Assembly: GCA_029856145.1 (NCBI GenBank)
Contig: JAHQWK010000001.1
Location: forward strand, 288,001-352,000
DNA: 64,000 bases
Direction of reading: 5' to 3'
From: Promethearchaeia archaeon
GTDB taxonomy: Archaea; Asgardarchaeota; Lokiarchaeia; Sigyniarchaeales; SOKP01
Part shown: piece by piece, positions 58,737-64,000 of the stretch
Layout: each line of letters opens with the position of its first letter
How positions within the stretch are numbered: the stretch's first letter is position 1
The notes under the pieces: generated by a model
What the model saw: the letters and a program-made list of their open reading frames with translations, nothing else
What the model was told of the DNA's origin: nothing
Database searches by the model: none
Program-made: the position numbers and the translations under genes

Positions 58737-59561
58737 TTATTTCCATCGCCATTTAGGCTTTGTTTTTTGTAAACGGGCAAGTGCTCCTGCTGTAGCATCT
58801 TTAGTTTGAAGTAATTGTGAACTTACAAGTGTTTCTAATTCTAACCCAAAAGCGGTATCCTTACCGTAACAATCATCTATTAACTTTTTTGCAAGTCCCA
58901 CTGCTAAAGGTCCACTGGTCATAAGTTCATCAGTATACATTTTAATAATTGAATCTAATTCTTCATGAGATTTTGCAACCCGGTTCACCACACCTAATCT
59001 ATAAGCTTCAGTTCCATCAAGCTTACGTCCAGTTAAAATGATATCTTTTGTATTTTGGATGCCCACAAGCCTTGTTAACCTAATTGTACCACCAACGTCT
59101 GGGTTCATAGAAATCTTGCTTTCCAACATATGGAATTCTGCTGAATCTGTACAAAATCGAAAATCACAGGCTAATGCTAATTCAAATGCCATTCCATAAC
59201 AATAACCATTTATTTTAGCAATCACAGGTTTCTCCATCTTTTCAATTTTTGTGAATATAGGATGGATCCAAGTATTTGCAAAATATCTAAAATTCCGTGG
59301 GATTCGCAAATCAGGAATGACTCCTTCAGGATCTTTTTCTTGACCGGTTAAAAAGTTTAAATCTATACCTGAACTAAAAAAATCATCTCCTCCAGTAATA
59401 ATAACAACTCTTGCATTAGTTCGTTCAACTTTATCTATAGCTTTCTGAAGACCAACCATTAAATCATAATTCATTGCATTCTTTTTATCTAAACGATTCA
59501 TTTTTATAGTTGTAATTGTTTTATCTTCGTTTTCTTCTATTAATACAGCGTTTTCAGACAT
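58737..59561 (-). CDS. Enoyl-CoA hydratase/isomerase family
   Basis: FSSGIDL, GMAFELALACDFR, LESKISMNPDVGG. Confidence 0.92.
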   Translation of the reverse strand: MSENAVLIEENEDKTITTIKMNRLDKKNAMNYDLMVGLQKAIDKVERTNARVVIITGGDDFFSSGIDLNFLTGQEKDPEGVIPDLRIPRNFRYFANTWIHPIFTKIEKMEKPVIAKINGYCYGMAFELALACDFRFCTDSAEFHMLESKISMNPDVGGTIRLTRLVGIQNTKDIILTGRKLDGTEAYRLGVVNRVAKSHEELDSIIKMYTDELMTSGPLAVGLAKKLIDDCYGKDTAFGLELETLVSSQLLQTKDATAGALARLQKTKPKWRWK

Positions 59562-59794
59562 TTTTTTTCACTTATTAAATTTAATTTTTGTATATTATAA
59601 TTTTATTAGGATAAAAAAATTATTTCTTTCCTAGATTTAAACTGAAGCTAATAATTTCATTTATTTTGTAATTTAAATTGCTGTCCTTTTTACTAAAACG
59701 TATAATAAGTAGCTTCCTTTTTTTTAGTCTAATTAGATTTTAATAAATTACCATGTTATTCTTATTAATAACAAAACTATGTTGAGGATTTGAA

Positions 59795-61807
59795 TTGAAG
59801 TTCTTTAAATTGTTTACACCTTTTAAAATTAGAAATATGACGGTCTCCAACCGCATTATTATGCCTGCTTTAAATCTTAATCTTGCCGATAAAGGCTTTA
59901 TAACTAAAAGACTAATTGATTTTTATGTTGAAAGGGCAATGGGTGGTGCTGGTATGTTAATTGTTGGAGGTTGCGCTATAGATCTCTATGCTAGTGGATT
60001 TCCACTCATGATCTCTATTGAAAGCGATGAATATTTACCGAAATTAACGGAGTTTACTGAGGCTATACATAAAGCACGTGATGATGTGAAAGTTGTTTGT
60101 CAATTATACCATAGTGGAGCTTATACATACCCTATCTTTATTGGTAAGCCATCTATCGCACCTTCAGCTGTTTATAGTAAATTCAGTAAAACTACTCCGA
60201 GAGAAATGACTCTTGAAGATATTAAAAGAGAGCAACAAGCTTTTGCTGATGCTACTTTTCGAGCAAAAAAAGCAGGATTTGATGCAGTAGAAATATGTGC
60301 TAATGCGGGTTATTTGTTTTCTCAATTTACATCTCCGAAAACAAATATTCGGACTGATGAATATGGTGGGGATCTTGAGAATCGCTTAAGATTTCCTATT
60401 GAAACTCTTGAATTGATGAGATCAAGTGTAGATGATTTTCCCATTGGATACCGAATTTCTGGGGACGATTTTGTTCCAGAAAGTAATACATATAAAGAAA
60501 AAGCCATTATTGCTGAAAAGTTAAGTAAATATTTAGATTATCTCAATGTTACTGGGGGTTGGCATGAAACTAAAATCCCCCAAACAACCATGGATGTTCC
60601 TGAAGGGAATTATACATATTTAGCTGAAAATATTAAGAATCATGTATCAATTCCGGTCTTTGCTTCTAATAGGATTAATACTCCTAAATTAGCCGAACAA
60701 ATATTAATGGCTGGAAAAGCAGATGCCATTTGTATGGGGAGATCATTAGTAGCTGATCCTTATTTGCCATCAAAAGCAAGAAAAGGCGATTTTCGAGACA
60801 TAATGGCATGCATTGGTTGCAATCAAGGATGTTTTGATGCTATTTTTAAAATGGTACCTGTATCTTGTTTAAGAAACGCTAGGGCTGCAAATGAAGCTAA
60901 AACAGAATTAAAACCTCTTAAAGAGAAAAAGAAAATAATGGTCATCGGTGCTGGTCCTGGAGGATTAGAAGCTGCCAGAGTTGCTGGAATGAGAGGCCAT
61001 GAAGTTCATATTTTTGAAAAAGATGATAAAATAGGAGGATTATTAAATATAATTTGGATACCTCCTGGAAGAAATGAGTTCAAGAGAATAATTGATAACT
61101 ATTCATATTGGATTCAAAAATATGGAATCCAACTACATCTCGACCAGGAAGTTACGATTGATACAGTTAAAAAATTTAATCCCGATATAGTTTTTATAGC
61201 AACTGGTTCAAAACCAATAATCCCATCTATTCCCGGAATAGAGAGAGATAATGTTTATTGGGCTAATGATGTATTTAGTATGGATGCTCCCGTTGGTAAA
61301 AATGACGTCATCATCGGTGGAGGTGCAACAGGTATCGAATTAGCTATATATATAGCTAAATATGGGGCTTTAAATCTTGAGGCGTTTGATTTTCTTACAT
61401 TATATAAAGCTTTAGAACCTGAAGTTGCATTGAAAATGTTACATCGTGGAAGAAATGCAGTAACTGTTTTGGAGCAACTACCGAAGTTGGGTTCAGCTCT
61501 AGGAAAAACAACTAAATGGGTACTTCTTGATAAATGTGATGCATTAGGAGTCAAATTTCATACTAGTGTCATAGTGAAAGAAATTGGAGAGAATTATGTA
61601 AGCTATCTTGATGCAAAAGATAAAGAGCAAATTATTAATAATGTAGATATGGTGTATTATGCTACTGGTGTAGAATCGAATAATCTTCTTTATAAGGAAA
61701 TAAAACAGCTTGAAAGTATTAAAGTAGAGAAGATTGGAGATGCAAGAAGACCAGAAACAGTTCTAGAAGCAGTTCATAGAGCTTACAAATTAGCAAATAG
61801 AATATAG
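59795..61807 (+). CDS. FadH-like Fe-S flavoenzyme (2,4-dienoyl-CoA reductase / OYE-FAD family)
   Basis: TIM-barrel NIRTDEYGG, CIGCNQGC-x11-C, IGAGPGG, IGGGATG. Confidence 0.9.
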   Translation: MKFFKLFTPFKIRNMTVSNRIIMPALNLNLADKGFITKRLIDFYVERAMGGAGMLIVGGCAIDLYASGFPLMISIESDEYLPKLTEFTEAIHKARDDVKVVCQLYHSGAYTYPIFIGKPSIAPSAVYSKFSKTTPREMTLEDIKREQQAFADATFRAKKAGFDAVEICANAGYLFSQFTSPKTNIRTDEYGGDLENRLRFPIETLELMRSSVDDFPIGYRISGDDFVPESNTYKEKAIIAEKLSKYLDYLNVTGGWHETKIPQTTMDVPEGNYTYLAENIKNHVSIPVFASNRINTPKLAEQILMAGKADAICMGRSLVADPYLPSKARKGDFRDIMACIGCNQGCFDAIFKMVPVSCLRNARAANEAKTELKPLKEKKKIMVIGAGPGGLEAARVAGMRGHEVHIFEKDDKIGGLLNIIWIPPGRNEFKRIIDNYSYWIQKYGIQLHLDQEVTIDTVKKFNPDIVFIATGSKPIIPSIPGIERDNVYWANDVFSMDAPVGKNDVIIGGGATGIELAIYIAKYGALNLEAFDFLTLYKALEPEVALKMLHRGRNAVTVLEQLPKLGSALGKTTKWVLLDKCDALGVKFHTSVIVKEIGENYVSYLDAKDKEQIINNVDMVYYATGVESNNLLYKEIKQLESIKVEKIGDARRPETVLEAVHRAYKLANRI

Positions 61808-61938
61808 AATAATCCGATTTCTCTTCTTAATAGATTTTAAATATAAAATTATAAAAAAATATAAGTTAAAAATTTTTAATAATCTAAATTCTTTTTATTA
61901 TATTTTCTTCAAATAAAACTTCAATCTGTAATTCTCTA

Positions 61939-63489
61939 TTAAGAATTAAAAATTTTACCAGTTTTAGCTTCTTCTTCTTCACGTAGTGGTTGCTTCATTA
62001 TCTTTCCTGTAGGAGTTTTAGGTAAATCGTCCCTAAATTCCACATATTTCGGAACTTTAAAATCAGCCAGATGTTTTTTACAATATTCGATAATCTCTTC
62101 TTCAGTAATAGTTTCTCCTTCTTTCAATACAATAAAAGCTTTAGGAAGTTCTCCATAAATCTTGTCCCGTACTCCAATAACTGTTCCTAATGAAACAACT
62201 GGATGAGAGTAAAGTACTTCCTCAATTTCACGTGGATAAATGTTTTCTCCACCTCGTATTATCATATCCTTTTTTCGATCCGTTATGTAGAAAAATCCAT
62301 CTTCATCCATATATCCAATATCTCCGGTAAATAGCCAACCTTCTTTAAGAGTTTCAGCGTTTGCCTCTGGATTTTTGAAATATTCTTTCATAATATTATC
62401 TCCTTTAACAAGAATTTCACCTTTTATATTTGGAGGAACATCTTTTCCATCCTCATCAACAATTTTCATTTCATTTCCAGGTAAAGGTATGCCAATACTA
62501 CCTACTTTTCGTCTATCTTCCGTTTCGGTGGGCAAAGGATTAACTGAAGAGGCACATGTACCCTCTGTAAGACCATACCCTTCCACAACTTTACATTTAA
62601 AGGTTTTTTCAAATTCTTTAAATACCTCCACAGGTAAAGGAGCAGCTCCACAAACAACATATTCTAATGAAGAAAGATCCAAATTTTCGTGCGGCATTCT
62701 AAGTAAGATAGAGAGTACTGTTGGAACACAACTAAAAGTAGACGCTTTATAATTGGCTACAGTTTGCCAATGTGTCTGAGCCGAAAATCCAGGTGTTAAA
62801 ATACAGCTCGCTCCTATTGTAAGTGGTGCCATAACTGTAACTATTTGAGCATTAACATGGAATAAGGGTAAAATTAGCATATATCGAAAATGTTCCTTAG
62901 CATCCGTGAAATCTCGTATCATTTCAGCATTTCTCCTAATATTAAAATGAGTCTGTAATACACCTTTTGGAAATCCAGTAGTCCCTGATGTATATAATAT
63001 AGCAGCAGGATCTTCTTTTTCGTCAATCTTCACCTCAGGAGGGGATTCAACTGAAGCATTTTCCATCAATTCCCCAAAATTTAAGGTTCCTTCAATAGAT
63101 TCTCCGATCACAATTATATGTTCTAAATTGGGAAGACCAGATTTAATTTGATTAATTAAATCCATAAATTTTGGAATTGTAACAATAATTTTAGCTTCTG
63201 AATGTCCGACTACAAATTTTACTTCTCTCGGTTTAAACAACGCATTTACAGGACCAGTAACAGCTCCTATTTTAGGGATACCTAAATATAAATACACGTA
63301 TTCAGGCATATTTGGTAAATAAACACTAACTTTATCACCTTTTCTGATACCTAAATCGTATAAAAAATTCCCTACTTTATTTGTAAGCTCATTCAATTGA
63401 GAATAAGAAATTGTTTTATCTTTCCAATATAAAAACACTTTATCCTTATACTTTTTTGCTTGATTTTCGACTAATTCTCTAAGATTCAT
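61939..63489 (-). CDS. Long-chain acyl-CoA synthetase
   Basis: YTSGTTGFPKG, EGYGLTE, TGDIG, DRKKDMIIRGGENIYPREIE. Confidence 0.95.
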   Translation of the reverse strand: MNLRELVENQAKKYKDKVFLYWKDKTISYSQLNELTNKVGNFLYDLGIRKGDKVSVYLPNMPEYVYLYLGIPKIGAVTGPVNALFKPREVKFVVGHSEAKIIVTIPKFMDLINQIKSGLPNLEHIIVIGESIEGTLNFGELMENASVESPPEVKIDEKEDPAAILYTSGTTGFPKGVLQTHFNIRRNAEMIRDFTDAKEHFRYMLILPLFHVNAQIVTVMAPLTIGASCILTPGFSAQTHWQTVANYKASTFSCVPTVLSILLRMPHENLDLSSLEYVVCGAAPLPVEVFKEFEKTFKCKVVEGYGLTEGTCASSVNPLPTETEDRRKVGSIGIPLPGNEMKIVDEDGKDVPPNIKGEILVKGDNIMKEYFKNPEANAETLKEGWLFTGDIGYMDEDGFFYITDRKKDMIIRGGENIYPREIEEVLYSHPVVSLGTVIGVRDKIYGELPKAFIVLKEGETITEEEIIEYCKKHLADFKVPKYVEFRDDLPKTPTGKIMKQPLREEEEAKTGKIFNS

Positions 63490-63719
63490 ATTTTATTTCC
63501 TCATTTATTTTAAAAATATCATATGAGAATTTAAACAAGCAAAAAATATTTTCTCTATTATATAAATTTTATAATATTTATCGAATTTCATTTAGGATTT
63601 ATTCAACGCTACTGAATAAATTTCAATGTGAATATGTAACATATTAATATGAAAAAAATCTAATTTCCATAGTAATCTAAATTTAAAACTCATAAAACAA
63701 ATTTTATAATGTGATAAAA

Positions 63720-64000
63720 ATGTCAGAAGAAGATTTATCAAACAAATTGGTTATAAGTGCTGCTCTTACTGGAGCTGTAACTAATAGAGCTCAGAATCCG
63801 AATGTCCCATTTACAGCAGAAGAATTCGGGGATGAAGCAAAAAAATGTTATGAAGCTGGAGCAGCAATAGTCCATATACATGCAAGAGATCCCGAAAAAG
63901 GCAATCCTACACACGAACTAGATATAATTGGAGCCATAATTGACAATATAAAAGAAAAAGCTCCAGGTCTACTAATTAATCTTAGTACTGCAATAAGCAC
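63720..64000 (+). CDS. Beta-keto acid cleavage enzyme (BKACE/DUF849, Kce-like), runs off the window
   Basis: Manual translation MSEEDLSNKLVISAALTGAV...NPNVPFTAEE...CYEAGAAIVHIHARD. Confidence 0.9.
   Translation, partial: MSEEDLSNKLVISAALTGAVTNRAQNPNVPFTAEEFGDEAKKCYEAGAAIVHIHARDPEKGNPTHELDIIGAIIDNIKEKAPGLLINLSTAIS

Noticed and set aside
325-62752. Short antisense or nested ORFs in the track (e.g. 325..648, 4428..5456, 25073..25853, 62375..62752)
   Set aside because: They lie within well-supported genes and have no recognisable motifs; treated as shadow ORFs.
1-64000. CRISPR arrays, tRNA/rRNA genes, IS elements, selenoprotein readthrough
   Set aside because: I saw no spaced repeats, GC-rich structured RNA blocks or transposases, and no in-frame TGA at a catalytic Cys position. 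This was by eye only.

Overview
AT-rich archaeal chromosomal DNA. The gene content points to an Asgard archaeon, most likely Lokiarchaeia/Promethearchaeia: a Rab-like GTPase, longin-fold proteins, a Loki-CTERM-like sorting tail, an archaeal PolB, Alba, CdhB/CdhC and a tetraether synthase. I saw no rRNA, tRNA, CRISPR array or transposase. Left third: PolB, a tes (GDGT synthase) cluster, NAD salvage genes, a TetR regulator and a solo Mre11-like nuclease. The most notable region is 16.7-24.8 kb, a candidate receptor-GTPase signalling locus. It holds two tandem [stand-alone 7TM protein + GNAT] cassettes that share a conserved palindromic promoter element. These converge on a minus-strand run of a Rab-like GTPase (apparently ATT-initiated), two 7TM-longin fusions and a free longin. 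After it come cdhB-cdhC-cooT, a C25 peptidase, Alba and an orphan methyltransferase-specificity fusion. The right half is a large lipid/acyl-CoA catabolism region: acyl-CoA ligases, crotonases, Cys-less thiolase-fold Ltp3/Ltp4-like proteins with DUF35 partners, SCP2 proteins, a CrtI-like oxidoreductase with an FNR-2Fe2S partner, ADH, AOR, a FadH-like enzyme and a BKACE. Several intergenic gaps hold decayed gene remnants. All calls come from motif reading and recalled family knowledge; no searches were run.
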